Translations under genes and position numbers: made by a program
Shown: piece by piece, positions 19,310 through 29,796 of the stretch
Layout of the letters: every line of letters starts with the position of its first letter
Position numbering within the stretch: the stretch's first letter is position 1
Assembly (NCBI GenBank): GCA_016194505.1
Contig: JACQBK010000016.1
Span: forward strand, 5,654 to 69,653
DNA: 64,000 nucleotides
Direction of reading: 5' to 3'
Origin: Ignavibacteriales bacterium
Lineage (GTDB): Bacteria > Bacteroidota > Ignavibacteria > UBA10030
The notes under the pieces: generated by a model
What the model saw: only the letters and a program-made list of their open reading frames with translations
Told to the model about the DNA's origin: nothing
Database searches by the model: none

Positions 19310-20056
19310 TTAAAATTTAATGTCTATACGGGTTATATGGTTCTTCTCGATGTGCAGATAAATTGATCTGCTGTTGTTTTCCGCCAATGCAAACTGAAGA
19401 ACCACATAAGGAATGATGCGGTGATTACCATAGTACACTGAACTATCAGAATTGTATAACGGAACAGGGTAAAAATCTATCGGTAGATTATCGTCGGGAA
19501 TCAAAAATTTCCCGAGCGAATCCGTCCGTGCCGTCACATTGCCGCTTACCGTAACAGGATATGATTTCTTCGTTTGCTCATCAACTATATACCGGACAGT
19601 ATAGACGCCGCTTGGCGCAGGCACACCGTTGGATTCTTTTTGATCCCATACAATGACAAAGGGTCCCCTCTCAGCGCGACCATTAAACAAAATTCGCTTT
19701 AAATGTTCTTTACGGTCATAGACTCCAACGAGAATAATCTTAACAGGGTCGTTCACCTGGAACTCTTTGGAAGGAGGGTCGTTGCTATCAACAGACCCGT
19801 AATCATAAAAAAGCTGCACGGGAATATCACGATAGGGATTCCCTAACCGGTCCGTCAATGTCCCCTCGATGCGGTACCCTGAGATCTCCGGTTCACTCGA
19901 TAAGGCAAGCGGAATTTCTCTCTCACAGCCGGACACAACGACAATCATGAAAGCATAGAACACAAAAAAACCTCTAACACTGAGGTGATTCTTCCTTGCA
20001 CTATCTTGTCCTGCTAACGTTTTCATATCCTCGACAGCACCCGGCGATCCATTCAC
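19310..20056 (-). CDS. Hypothetical lipoprotein
   Basis: Lipobox ..MIVVVSGC. The GTG at 20056 overlaps the upstream stop as GTGA; the alternative ATG start (MKTLAGQ) is at 20026. Confidence 0.45.
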   Translation of the reverse strand: MNGSPGAVEDMKTLAGQDSARKNHLSVRGFFVFYAFMIVVVSGCEREIPLALSSEPEISGYRIEGTLTDRLGNPYRDIPVQLFYDYGSVDSNDPPSKEFQVNDPVKIILVGVYDRKEHLKRILFNGRAERGPFVIVWDQKESNGVPAPSGVYTVRYIVDEQTKKSYPVTVSGNVTARTDSLGKFLIPDDNLPIDFYPVPLYNSDSSVYYGNHRIIPYVVLQFALAENNSRSIYLHIEKNHITRIDIKF

Positions 20057-23000
20057 TTCACCACTGCAATTTTGATGATCGCCACTTCATTGCGACTGCC
20101 ATCCGTTGCTTCGATTCGAGCAAGATACACGCCGCTTTGAACGTTTGAAACATTCCAAGCGACTTCGCCGTCAATACCTGCAAGGGAGCGAGCTTTTAAC
20201 TCTGTTATTTTCGTGCCCGCCAGGTCAAAAATTTTGATTGAAATATCCGCATCTTCGGGCGTGTAGTACCGAATGTGCGTTGTCGAGCCATACACGGGGT
20301 TGGGCCAATTGTAGGTTCGAGCTTTCGGCAGAAATTCTGATGGAGTTGGATTGGTAATAGCTATCACGGACCCATCCCTGTTCTGATGCAGAGCATCGCC
20401 AAGATACTGCGACCACATCATCGTCTCTGCTTTGTATGACCGATTCAACTCAACTGCTTGGAGGGAGCCTGATGCCGTGACTCTGAGAGCTCCAATTTTC
20501 CCGTTGGAGGTTTGAAACAAACTTGGGAACGCTTCACCCGCACCGCTGAGTTGGATCGGAAAGCCAGAAATTATTTGACCATTCCTATCGCACGCCGTCA
20601 CCTCACCCGTTGATTGAAGCGCAATAATGTCGGGGAACGAATCTCCGTTCACATCTCCGATGAGAGGGAAACCGACAAACGAGCCATCGCCGGAGGCACG
20701 AAGAGGGAATCCTGCCAAGAAACTACCCGCTTGGTTCATCGCATAGAGATTTTTCCCAGCCAGTAAAACTATGTCCTTCTTGCCATCGCCATCTACATCG
20801 GCAACCGAGACCGAAGAAATGCTTCCATCCGCAATAGTGTTATCAAAAACCTTGTCGGTGAGGTTTCTATTATAAACAACAACCCTTCTCCCTCCGCGTT
20901 GAGCCGCTACTATAAAATTACCCAACGACGATGTACCCCCGGCAAGAATCCACGGAAACGACGAATCACCCAAGGATACGGAAGCCAGCTCACTGTAAAT
21001 TTTGCCACCGCACGCGAAGAAATACTCGTTAGGCTTGGAAAGCGCCACTGTAGGCAATTGTGCTATTGAAGAAACAGGGCTTGTGGAGACGCTTGTTTTT
21101 TTGCTTACGGCACCGTTAAGGTTCACTTGCCAAATCGTTCCGCTTTCTCCTCCAATAATAACAGAGCGGGCAATGGAAAGGTCAGCAAAAGCAGGCGGCG
21201 TCGTTACGCGTGCGCCAAGGGGAGTAATCACTGTTTGCAGGCTGTCATACACTCCATCGTTATTTCGGTCGTACGCCGTCCAGAAATATAACGAGCTATC
21301 TTGTGCCCCAGCTAACATGTGTCCGTTGTTGATCGTCTCAAATCCGGCTATTGGAAATTGTCCTCCTGCGGATGCAAACAACCCAGTCGGATCATTTGTT
21401 TTGCTCGTCCCCTTTTGTTGGAACGCATAAACTTTTCTTCCTGCGGGGACAATGGATGCAGTAGGAAAAATTGTCGGCGGCAGCGTCGAGTTGTTTACTG
21501 AAAGTGATCGGGAAAAATTATCCAGCCGTTGAAATTGGTCATCCCCGATTTGCACCGTTGCGGTCATGCGCGGCAACCGCTTGCTGAAATTTTTAATCGT
21601 TATTAAACTTTGCGCCCCGCTGTTACTCTTGCTATTGGGACTGGAATTTTTATCGAAGAGATTTTTATACACAATGGTCGTATTGCCGTCAAACCAGCAA
21701 TCGAGGGGCCAGCCAAACTCGGTGCCGGAGCCGGCTTCTTGGAAGGTGTACGTTCTTCCCACATCTTGAGAGCCGTCGGCTTCTTCGAGATCAACGCCGC
21801 GCAGATTCTGGTTTGCATTGACCGTGTTATCCTGCAACCCTCGTGCGATCACATCCTCATCAATATGCCAGATGAGAATTCCCCCGCCTTTGAATTCCTC
21901 CGATTCAGCCAACAAACCGGGAAGCGCCCAATCGAAATCTTCCACGTCAATAACTGATCCCGTAATTGCGCTGACATCTGCAAATGCGCTATGCAAAAAA
22001 CCCACTGTATCAACAGGAAAATATTTTGTGATAATGGAATTTCCCTGACGAATCGTCAATCGCTGGCCATTCTGTTGCGGGTCGCGGCTGCGATTTTCGA
22101 TAAGGAAATATTCCCGCTCGTTAATCGGGACCTTGTAAATCGTATCCTGCCCCACATTGGTGAGGCTCACTGCCGGAAGCGAAAGAGTCGTTGTGCCCGA
22201 TGAAACAGTAATCGGCGTAACCCATCCAAGATAGACCTTTTCCCACGCCGAAGGTTCAGGCGGAAACAATCCGTTAAATGCGCTGATGCCGCCTCTATCC
22301 ATCAATCCAAATCTGCCAATACCAGAGGCACCTGTTTTCGTATTGAAGAGATCCGGCAAACCGAGATAACTTCCAAATGAATTAGCAAGCAACCCATTGA
22401 AACTTAATCGTATTGTATCAAGTACCCCACCCACAACAAGAACGCGGGATTCGGTTTCGGGGAGCACCATTGTATTGGTGATACGAAATGCGCCTTTGCT
22501 CACAGGAATTCCCGCATACGATGGGTCTTTGAGATATTCTTGAAATGTCTTAAGGTTAAACGTGATGGATGGTATGTCATTCGGCGTTGGGTCGAAGCCT
22601 AATATCTCTACTAAATCAATATCTCTCCCAGCACCAGCGTGAAACAATATAAACGCATTATACTGAGAGAACTGAAGAGCAGGATAGAGAGAGTCTGCCG
22701 TATGCCAGCTCTCGACAACAAGATCGGCAAGGGGCTTATTGTTGCTCTTATCTTTGGGAGGCGAATACGCGGACATTTTTTTCGAAAGCGTAATCGTCTT
22801 GCCAAATACTTCCCCCTTAATATTTACTTTACCGTTCGATACTTTGCGGAAGTAATTGGAAAGAAACATCAGCTTATATGCGAAATAAGCGGAATCGTGC
22901 GGAGGCGGATCAATGAGCCGCGCTGCAGAGGCGGCATCCATTTGAAATCTGCCGTTACCAGTCGTGAGTGTATCCGTGTCTTGCGGAAAATTTACCATCA

Positions 23001-23163
23001 AAGCGAGAATACGGATTGTATCCGACGAGGAAGAAGACGGGGAAAGCGCACGCGCAACAGGCGCACCCATACCCTCTCGTTTCAACGACACGGCATGGCG
23101 GACTTGAGCCTGAAGGCTACAACCGAGAAGAAAAAAAAAGAAGAGAACGCGACCAGCTTTCAT
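20053..23163 (-). CDS. T9SS cargo protein: signal peptide, M6-peptidase-like N-domain apparently lacking HEXXH, FG-GAP/VCBS-type repeats, C-terminal Por-secretion sorting domain
   Basis: The C-terminus ..YNWPNPVYGSTTHIRYY...GVYLARIEA...IKIAVVK matches the T9SS type-A C-terminal domain pattern. VADVDGDGKKDIVLLAG is FG-GAP-like. SYLGLPDLFNT resembles the M6 GLPDEY region, but no HExxH was found. Confidence 0.6.
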   Translation of the reverse strand: MKAGRVLFFFFLLGCSLQAQVRHAVSLKREGMGAPVARALSPSSSSSDTIRILALMVNFPQDTDTLTTGNGRFQMDAASAARLIDPPPHDSAYFAYKLMFLSNYFRKVSNGKVNIKGEVFGKTITLSKKMSAYSPPKDKSNNKPLADLVVESWHTADSLYPALQFSQYNAFILFHAGAGRDIDLVEILGFDPTPNDIPSITFNLKTFQEYLKDPSYAGIPVSKGAFRITNTMVLPETESRVLVVGGVLDTIRLSFNGLLANSFGSYLGLPDLFNTKTGASGIGRFGLMDRGGISAFNGLFPPEPSAWEKVYLGWVTPITVSSGTTTLSLPAVSLTNVGQDTIYKVPINEREYFLIENRSRDPQQNGQRLTIRQGNSIITKYFPVDTVGFLHSAFADVSAITGSVIDVEDFDWALPGLLAESEEFKGGGILIWHIDEDVIARGLQDNTVNANQNLRGVDLEEADGSQDVGRTYTFQEAGSGTEFGWPLDCWFDGNTTIVYKNLFDKNSSPNSKSNSGAQSLITIKNFSKRLPRMTATVQIGDDQFQRLDNFSRSLSVNNSTLPPTIFPTASIVPAGRKVYAFQQKGTSKTNDPTGLFASAGGQFPIAGFETINNGHMLAGAQDSSLYFWTAYDRNNDGVYDSLQTVITPLGARVTTPPAFADLSIARSVIIGGESGTIWQVNLNGAVSKKTSVSTSPVSSIAQLPTVALSKPNEYFFACGGKIYSELASVSLGDSSFPWILAGGTSSLGNFIVAAQRGGRRVVVYNRNLTDKVFDNTIADGSISSVSVADVDGDGKKDIVLLAGKNLYAMNQAGSFLAGFPLRASGDGSFVGFPLIGDVNGDSFPDIIALQSTGEVTACDRNGQIISGFPIQLSGAGEAFPSLFQTSNGKIGALRVTASGSLQAVELNRSYKAETMMWSQYLGDALHQNRDGSVIAITNPTPSEFLPKARTYNWPNPVYGSTTHIRYYTPEDADISIKIFDLAGTKITELKARSLAGIDGEVAWNVSNVQSGVYLARIEATDGSRNEVAIIKIAVVK

Positions 23164-23235
23164 AAAGCTCCCGGGGTTGCTCACAAGAAATACCCTTCTG
23201 CATTTTCCCAACAAAGGTTCCTTCGGAACACCCTC

Positions 23236-24348
23236 TTATTCGGGTGCTCCTCCCCAAGAGATTAAAAGAGTAAAGCGTAATGTTTCTCCGAGTGGATGCT
23301 GTTCTTCAAATGCACTAATGTAACTAAAATCAAAACCGTAAATGTCATACCGAACGCCAGCGCCGAACGTCGCAAACTTACGATTACCCGCCTGAGGGTC
23401 TTCATAGAAGTACCCTACACGCAAGGCAACCCATTTTTTATACCAATATTCGAGACCGGCTCCGGTGACAAACTCACGCATAATTTGATTGAAAGACTTG
23501 CCCGTCCACGTGGTGAAGATCGCCTTATAGAAAGGATCGTATGTTGAACCATCACCAGTCTTCTTCACAAGCAATTTATTAACGTCGAGGATACCGGTAA
23601 GGTTATTAAAGTCGCTTTCGATAATTTTATATGCAATTCCTAAACGCAGATAGGTGGGGAGCGCATCGGCTTGAGCCTTATCAATGTACGTCAATGCGGG
23701 ACCTAAATTCGAAATGTTCATCCCGGCGCTGAAGCGATCTCCCAAATCAATTCCCGTAAAGGGTATTGATGACGAACGGGGCCTATACAACAATCCGACA
23801 TCGAAACTAAAACCGGAGGCAATACCTTTCCCTTTTTCCTCAGCCGTTCCAAACGGCGCAAGATAACTGTAGATGAAACGCGCGTTAATGCCCAGAGCAA
23901 AACTTTCGGAAATTTTCGTAGCGTATCCCGCGGTAACCGCAAACTCGTACGCCTTAAAAGTCTCAATGACAGTGGGGTCAATTTCAGTTCTGTTGAATGA
24001 GCCGAGATTCAGATAGGTAATACTCGCGGCAACGGTGCCGTCCAGCTCGGGTACTTCTCTTCTATACACCAAATAATCAATGAAGAGATCGTCCAAGCGA
24101 AATGCCGGCAGCCAATTTGCATGAGAGACGCTGATTTCCTGCCCGTGTTGATACGCGAGACCGGCGGGATTCCAAAACAACGCGGAAGCATCATCTGCCA
24201 GAGCAACGCCCGCTTCTCCCATACCGCTCGCCCTTGAGTTCGGGGAAATTAACAGAAATGGCACTGCCGATGTGGTAACTTGAGCATTCAGCATTTCACT
24301 GGACGCCACGATCATAACCATCAGCGCAAACCCAACAAGATTCTTCAT
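23236..24348 (-). CDS. porV: Type IX secretion system outer-membrane channel protein PorV (LptO) family
   Basis: Signal peptide, then the PorV/PorQ signature ..ASGMGEAGVALADDASALFWNPAGL... About 370 aa with a FadL-like barrel. Sits downstream of PorU in the same orientation. Confidence 0.7.
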   Translation of the reverse strand: MKNLVGFALMVMIVASSEMLNAQVTTSAVPFLLISPNSRASGMGEAGVALADDASALFWNPAGLAYQHGQEISVSHANWLPAFRLDDLFIDYLVYRREVPELDGTVAASITYLNLGSFNRTEIDPTVIETFKAYEFAVTAGYATKISESFALGINARFIYSYLAPFGTAEEKGKGIASGFSFDVGLLYRPRSSSIPFTGIDLGDRFSAGMNISNLGPALTYIDKAQADALPTYLRLGIAYKIIESDFNNLTGILDVNKLLVKKTGDGSTYDPFYKAIFTTWTGKSFNQIMREFVTGAGLEYWYKKWVALRVGYFYEDPQAGNRKFATFGAGVRYDIYGFDFSYISAFEEQHPLGETLRFTLLISWGGAPE

Positions 24349-24454
24349 AACGCACATCCTCCAAATAAGAAATAGTTTCCGGCATCATCCCCTGCCAGAG
24401 TGAGTAAAATAGTCGTTTTTATAGTGATATTCAACAGTCGCCATTGAAGATTTA

Positions 24455-25129
24455 TTAATCAAGCACGTACTTCACACCAAATGAAGCCCCAAACGTATTG
24501 ATGCTGTTTATTGCGCTGTGGCCATAATACTTACCAACAAAATTGAATTTATACTGAAACTCCGTTCCAATAACGACCCCGCCTGGCATCGGCCAAGACA
24601 TTGTAGTCATAAAATACAGTGAGGGACATATAATACTTTCATCACGGCTAACCTGCCTACCTAAATTTAGCATACCTTCGTTCGAACTTGCATTATTTTG
24701 AGTAAAACTCGTTCCAACAATCCTCACATCGTGAACGGTTATCCATTCTAACCCAACTCCCGCCCCTACCGCGCTTATAGAACTCAAGCGTTCTAACAAA
24801 CCAACACCCAATGTAACATTGCTCCAGGAAAATGGACCTTGAACAACATTAATCCCTTGTGGATCTTGAAAAGTAACAGTCCAAAATTGATTTTGAGTTC
24901 GAAAATATTCGCCTCGTATGTTCAGCAAAAATTCTTTTCCCAGAGCAATATCCGTGAAAGCTGACAAAACAATATGATCGTTTATCTTTGAAGAATTATA
25001 TGTATTAGCATACCCAATGCGAAAACCTACTCCCGAGACGCTGACTGATAATTCATTTTCGCCTTGCTGGGCTTTTAAAACCGACGACACAAACAGCAAT
25101 GCTACGATAAAACCACGATGAGGGTTCAT
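24455..25129 (-). CDS. Small outer-membrane beta-barrel protein (PorT/OmpA-like family candidate)
   Basis: Signal peptide MNPHRGFIVALLFVSSVLKAQQ. 224 aa with alternating hydrophobic strands. Lies between porU and porV. Confidence 0.45.
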   Translation of the reverse strand: MNPHRGFIVALLFVSSVLKAQQGENELSVSVSGVGFRIGYANTYNSSKINDHIVLSAFTDIALGKEFLLNIRGEYFRTQNQFWTVTFQDPQGINVVQGPFSWSNVTLGVGLLERLSSISAVGAGVGLEWITVHDVRIVGTSFTQNNASSNEGMLNLGRQVSRDESIICPSLYFMTTMSWPMPGGVVIGTEFQYKFNFVGKYYGHSAINSINTFGASFGVKYVLD

Positions 25130-25199
25130 GATATCCTCCCTTAGTTAAGTGGCAGCGATGATGCAACATCGTGAATTAGAGTCGTATCAACTGAACCAT

Positions 25200-28100
25200 T
25201 TACCTTAGCACCGTAAGTTTTCCCAACACTTCGCTCGTAGAGCTTCGGTCGAGCGACTTTGCTATCACCTTATAAAAATAAACGCCGTTAGCGATTTCAT
25301 TACCATCCCGGTCCCGACCATCCCACGGAACTTGCACAAACCGATCTATTATAGATGGCGTGCTCAACGACTGAATCAACCTTCCTGCGATAGTATATAC
25401 TTTTATCTCTACATCTATAGGGTCTATGGAGGTTCGCTGGAATGTGAAGGTCGTTGTCCGGTTAAACGGATTCGGAAAATTGAAAACATTATGAATCGAA
25501 AACACGGACGAATCCCGAACTTCAAAATACGTGTCAGCGAAAGCTGGATTATTATACGTATCCCATGCCTTGACGGAGAGCGTATGCCGCCCTTCCGGCA
25601 AACTCGTAAGCGGATAGCGAACCTGGCCGCTTTGATAGGTATCCAATTTGCCCCGGTAAAAATCCGTCAGATCAAATGAGCGGGAATTATCCATCAACGC
25701 CTCAAGCCGGTGCCCTATGCCGGCAGTGGAGGTATTTATCCCGCTGCTATCCGTCAAGTCAACTACGAGCATCGCATTCGGTTTAACGACATCCCCTGCC
25801 CGGAATGACGGGTCATCGAGATGGATTGAGATTTTTGGACCCACAGTATCCACGCCGGCGTTAGCATTTCCGAAGATGGTAATGCTTTCCGTGTACCCGC
25901 TCGCATCGGTAGAATCGCTATACGCATACACCGCAATGCGCGAACGGCTATCGCCATAGGAAACATCTTTGGGCACAGGGAACGTTGATTTGAACAAGCC
26001 GTTCTTTACGGAAACCTCACCGCGATAAATGAGACTGCCATCTACTTCGAAATAATAATCATTGCCCCACTCCGGCACGAACACTTTTCGTTTTGCATCG
26101 AACACTTCAAGCAACGCGCGACCGTTAAACGTATCCCAGATGGTTCCATTGTTTTTTTTGAGCGCACCGTTCGCTGCAACACGTCCCAATGATGGGACGG
26201 TAATCAGTCTTGCCGTGCTCTGCCCGTTGATGCTATCCACTGTTGCCGTTGCGCGCGGCATAGCAAGCCGCATCGTTGGATCGGCGAGGAGATGGTGTTT
26301 TTGGTCATTGAGACGATTATAAATTTGCTTCGTCGCCCACATCGCATCTCCAAGGCGCACTACTTGCCCTTGAGTATTCTTCGGGAAAAAATAGCTATAC
26401 AAAGCGGCGTTCAATTGAAAATTGTCGTATGAATACACAACCCGAGCCGCCGTTACAACGCCAATGGCTCCGGTTTGCGGCATTGCCAACAACACCTCGC
26501 CGGCGCTTACTTCAAATGGATAATCATAGCGCGCGTAGTCGCACGTAGCGGCAACGACGAGGAATGGCTTACCTGTGTTTCTGATCTGGGAAAAACTCTC
26601 ATCCTTTGAAAATATTTTCTCGTGCGCCCACTGGTCGGGATTACCGTGTCCTGTATAATTGAGAATCAACGTTCCGCGATTGATTGCATCAATGATTGCT
26701 TGATTTGCAGTCGGCTTCCGGCGACCGGTTGATGTAATAACAGTGGGATATTCGACGATATAAATCTTATCTCTTTCAAAGCTTGCCGGCGTATAATCTC
26801 GTGCTATTTGCTCAGCCTGATCGGTATGGATAATCCCATCATCCCCACTGTTGGTTAACCCATCATCGGCAACAAAAGTGATTCTGTTGCGCCAAGGATC
26901 GAACGGCATGGCAGTCTCGTACGCGATAATCTTATCAACAACATCCTTTGCTTCTTTAGTCGAATGAACGGGCAATCGCCCGATAGGCAGAGAAATACGA
27001 TCCACATTAGGTGTCAGGAACACAAAAAAATCGTCGCTTGCAAGCGTAAGAATTTGATGGATAGAATTGAGCGATTCATACGGGAGGACCCAGTTCTTCA
27101 TCGAGCTTTTAATATTTTTATAGTCAAAATTGCCGGCGCCAAACAACAAAACATATTTTGGTCTGATTGTCCAGTTCGTCTGGGCATATTTTAGAAAATC
27201 CCTTATCGCCATCGGATCAATCATGCCGCAGGAAAATTCGTTGAAGATTTGCTCGGTATTAACGACAACAGTTTTTAACTGATCGTTTTTCTCGCGATGT
27301 GCTTTAAGCCGCTCGGCTTCGGAAAGAAAATCCGATGGGGCAATAATAATAAAATCCGCACCATCGGCAATGCCATGCAAATTTGAATTTGTAAGGCGTT
27401 TGGCATTTGTCGGCGTTTTATAGCCATTGGGCCCTACCACTGCAAACTCACGCACAGAACCAGCTACCTGCGGAACTTGAAATTTGACTATGGAAGTGTT
27501 CGCAGGATCAAAAACCAAATTCGTTATTTGCTTGACATTATTGTGCTGTGCAACATCGAAAGCATACACATCCGTACGCGACGAAAGATTTTTCAAATTG
27601 TATTCGATGGTTGCCGTCGTATCGGGCGAGGAGAATAATAAAAAATCGTTTACAGCTTCAAATCGCTGGCGATAGAGTATTTCAAACCAATCTACCCATC
27701 CTTTTGCGGACGAGCTACCTCTCCCAAACAGCACGCGCAATATACTCCTGTCGTTTGGGATTGCACCAAAACGATCATACGTCATAACACCGGTTTGATA
27801 TGCTTTCTCATTTTCGATGGAGTTTACATCAATGGGATATGTGAGAGCCAGAAATCCAAACGGTTGGTTGTTTTCCTGAACACGAAACGTATCAATTGAT
27901 GTTGACTGGCTTAAAAAAGTAAAACGATACGTCATTGTTTTCGTCGCATCCACACCCGGAAGAAGCGTCGTATACACAGCTGAGGTTGTCACGTCGTCAA
28001 ATTTTCTACCAATCCACTGGCGACCGGAGTTCACGAGATTTTCCGCCTCTTCTTCCACAAATACTTTGCCCTGAAAATCCGTTGGATTATAGACACCCGG

Positions 28101-29180
28101 AAGATTCGTCGAGGAGATTGTAGCCATATTTTTCCCGCGCCCTGCTCCACCGTAAGTCAGGAAATAATAATTCGTCTCCGTGTAGTGGTTAATATAGTGG
28201 AAATACGTTTTTGCGCTTGGATCGTATTTCCACCCGCGGGTTGATTTGCCGTAAAAAAGAACAAAGTCGTCTGAATCGAACACGCCATTGCCATTCCTAT
28301 CTACAACGAGGCGCGGAATTTCGTCAATCCCATCAGGTCTTGCCGCGGTAAGGTCTTCCGGAAGCTCCTCTCCCCCGTTACCAAATATTCTTATAGAATT
28401 AATATTCCCGATAGCGCTCAAAGGAATATTTGCCGCCGCAAAAAACGCTTGGTCAATCTTATAGATGCCGTTCTCCTTGACTTCCATTCTGTACCACTCC
28501 CCCTGCGCAAGCGGTGAATCTGAAACTACTTTGCTCGACTTCGCCAAACTTCGCTCCGAAGAGAACGACGGTAACTGATTCTTCAAAAACATGGAAGCCG
28601 AAAAATCTGGGCTTGCCGCTCCCAAAAATTCTATCCTCACGACGATACGAGTATACACGCGCACAGCGTTGCGCCCAAGAGCAACCTGGACGGGATAAAA
28701 CTTCAACGTGCCAAGAGTAAACCCTCGCGATTCCCCCACATCAGAAAGCTCGACAACATCTTTTGGCAAGAAATCCATAGTCTTGAATTTTTCGTCCGGA
28801 GCCGTATAACGAGGCACCACTCCAAACTCTTTGTCTTTTATGAACTGAGGGCGGGTTGCCGGTCGGACTCCAGTAACATCATGGTAATCCACTGCAAGAA
28901 CTTGGATTATATATTTATCGGAAGGGAGATTGACCAAGCCGGCGCGGAACGGCAACATGGGCGACCCTTGTTCACCATAAACAGTCACTGCTCCTTGGAA
29001 ATTAAAGCGCGTGTATTCTACTCCATCGTTGCCGGAAACAGCTGCATTGGTGAACACAGGCACGAATTCCACCACCAACGAGCGGGAGTCTTCGCTGAGG
29101 ACGCGCATGTCCGTACCCGACTGACCATACGAAGTCGCGCAGAAACCTATAAGAAGCACTAAAAAATTAATTTTCCTCAT
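25200..29180 (-). CDS. porU: Type IX secretion system C-terminal signal peptidase/sortase PorU (peptidase C25, gingipain-like) with its own T9SS C-terminal domain
   Basis: About 1330 aa. The signal peptide starts MRKINFLVLLIGFCATSYGQ (M35 of the ORF). Contains a C25-like caspase-fold region. The C-terminal ..FNFPNPFNRTTTFTF...KVYTIAGRL..GKLTVLR matches the T9SS C-terminal domain. porV is adjacent. Confidence 0.7.
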   Translation of the reverse strand: MRKINFLVLLIGFCATSYGQSGTDMRVLSEDSRSLVVEFVPVFTNAAVSGNDGVEYTRFNFQGAVTVYGEQGSPMLPFRAGLVNLPSDKYIIQVLAVDYHDVTGVRPATRPQFIKDKEFGVVPRYTAPDEKFKTMDFLPKDVVELSDVGESRGFTLGTLKFYPVQVALGRNAVRVYTRIVVRIEFLGAASPDFSASMFLKNQLPSFSSERSLAKSSKVVSDSPLAQGEWYRMEVKENGIYKIDQAFFAAANIPLSAIGNINSIRIFGNGGEELPEDLTAARPDGIDEIPRLVVDRNGNGVFDSDDFVLFYGKSTRGWKYDPSAKTYFHYINHYTETNYYFLTYGGAGRGKNMATISSTNLPGVYNPTDFQGKVFVEEEAENLVNSGRQWIGRKFDDVTTSAVYTTLLPGVDATKTMTYRFTFLSQSTSIDTFRVQENNQPFGFLALTYPIDVNSIENEKAYQTGVMTYDRFGAIPNDRSILRVLFGRGSSSAKGWVDWFEILYRQRFEAVNDFLLFSSPDTTATIEYNLKNLSSRTDVYAFDVAQHNNVKQITNLVFDPANTSIVKFQVPQVAGSVREFAVVGPNGYKTPTNAKRLTNSNLHGIADGADFIIIAPSDFLSEAERLKAHREKNDQLKTVVVNTEQIFNEFSCGMIDPMAIRDFLKYAQTNWTIRPKYVLLFGAGNFDYKNIKSSMKNWVLPYESLNSIHQILTLASDDFFVFLTPNVDRISLPIGRLPVHSTKEAKDVVDKIIAYETAMPFDPWRNRITFVADDGLTNSGDDGIIHTDQAEQIARDYTPASFERDKIYIVEYPTVITSTGRRKPTANQAIIDAINRGTLILNYTGHGNPDQWAHEKIFSKDESFSQIRNTGKPFLVVAATCDYARYDYPFEVSAGEVLLAMPQTGAIGVVTAARVVYSYDNFQLNAALYSYFFPKNTQGQVVRLGDAMWATKQIYNRLNDQKHHLLADPTMRLAMPRATATVDSINGQSTARLITVPSLGRVAANGALKKNNGTIWDTFNGRALLEVFDAKRKVFVPEWGNDYYFEVDGSLIYRGEVSVKNGLFKSTFPVPKDVSYGDSRSRIAVYAYSDSTDASGYTESITIFGNANAGVDTVGPKISIHLDDPSFRAGDVVKPNAMLVVDLTDSSGINTSTAGIGHRLEALMDNSRSFDLTDFYRGKLDTYQSGQVRYPLTSLPEGRHTLSVKAWDTYNNPAFADTYFEVRDSSVFSIHNVFNFPNPFNRTTTFTFQRTSIDPIDVEIKVYTIAGRLIQSLSTPSIIDRFVQVPWDGRDRDGNEIANGVYFYKVIAKSLDRSSTSEVLGKLTVLR

Positions 29181-29796
29181 AAAAAATAAAAAAGCCGAAC
29201 GAGGTGAAACAAACGCCCTCATTCGGCTAAACTTTTTATACCGGAGCAAAACCGAATTTGTAAAAGGCGTGTGTTGTAACATCTACTAATCCTGAACGAA
29301 ACTCCTTACACATTAGTTCAGGTACTAACCTTTAACAAATACGTTATTCTTTTACTCCGTTTGGTAATAAATGTTGGGATAAAGATACGCATTCGCTCTA
29401 AAATTGTCAAGGGAATTTTTCTTTTGTAGAACTCCAACGCAACCCCAGAAGCCGCCATCGGAAAAAACCAAATTCTGCCCTCTCCTGTCGAACGACTGTT
29501 TGATGAAGAGCACACAGTATCCGCGTAGTGTCCTCCGCGCTCCTTCGTTATTCATCATGTGTGTCGGAGAATCAATAATCATCGTGGATTTTCTGGGGCG
29601 CTTTTGAGGAGCGGGCAGACTTCAAATTCATCGCGGCAAAATAAACTCCAGAAATACTGCCATATCATATTTTGGAATACAAACCCTGTAAGCTTTGTAT
29701 AATAGCACATAAGGCGGCTTATGCGATTTCAATTGCTTATGAGCTAAAAAAATGGTATATTTCTTCGATTTTTTATGAATTTTACGTTTGGAGCCT

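Noticed and set aside
20053-23163. Calling the T9SS cargo an active M6 (InhA-like) metalloprotease
   Set aside because: A GLPD-type segment is present, but I could not find an HExxH motif in the translation. It is left as M6-like and possibly non-catalytic.
29318-29582. Two overlapping short minus-strand ORFs (65 and 76 aa) in the porU/glgA intergenic region
   Set aside because: They have no signal of conservation or domain and overlap each other. They are treated as non-coding.
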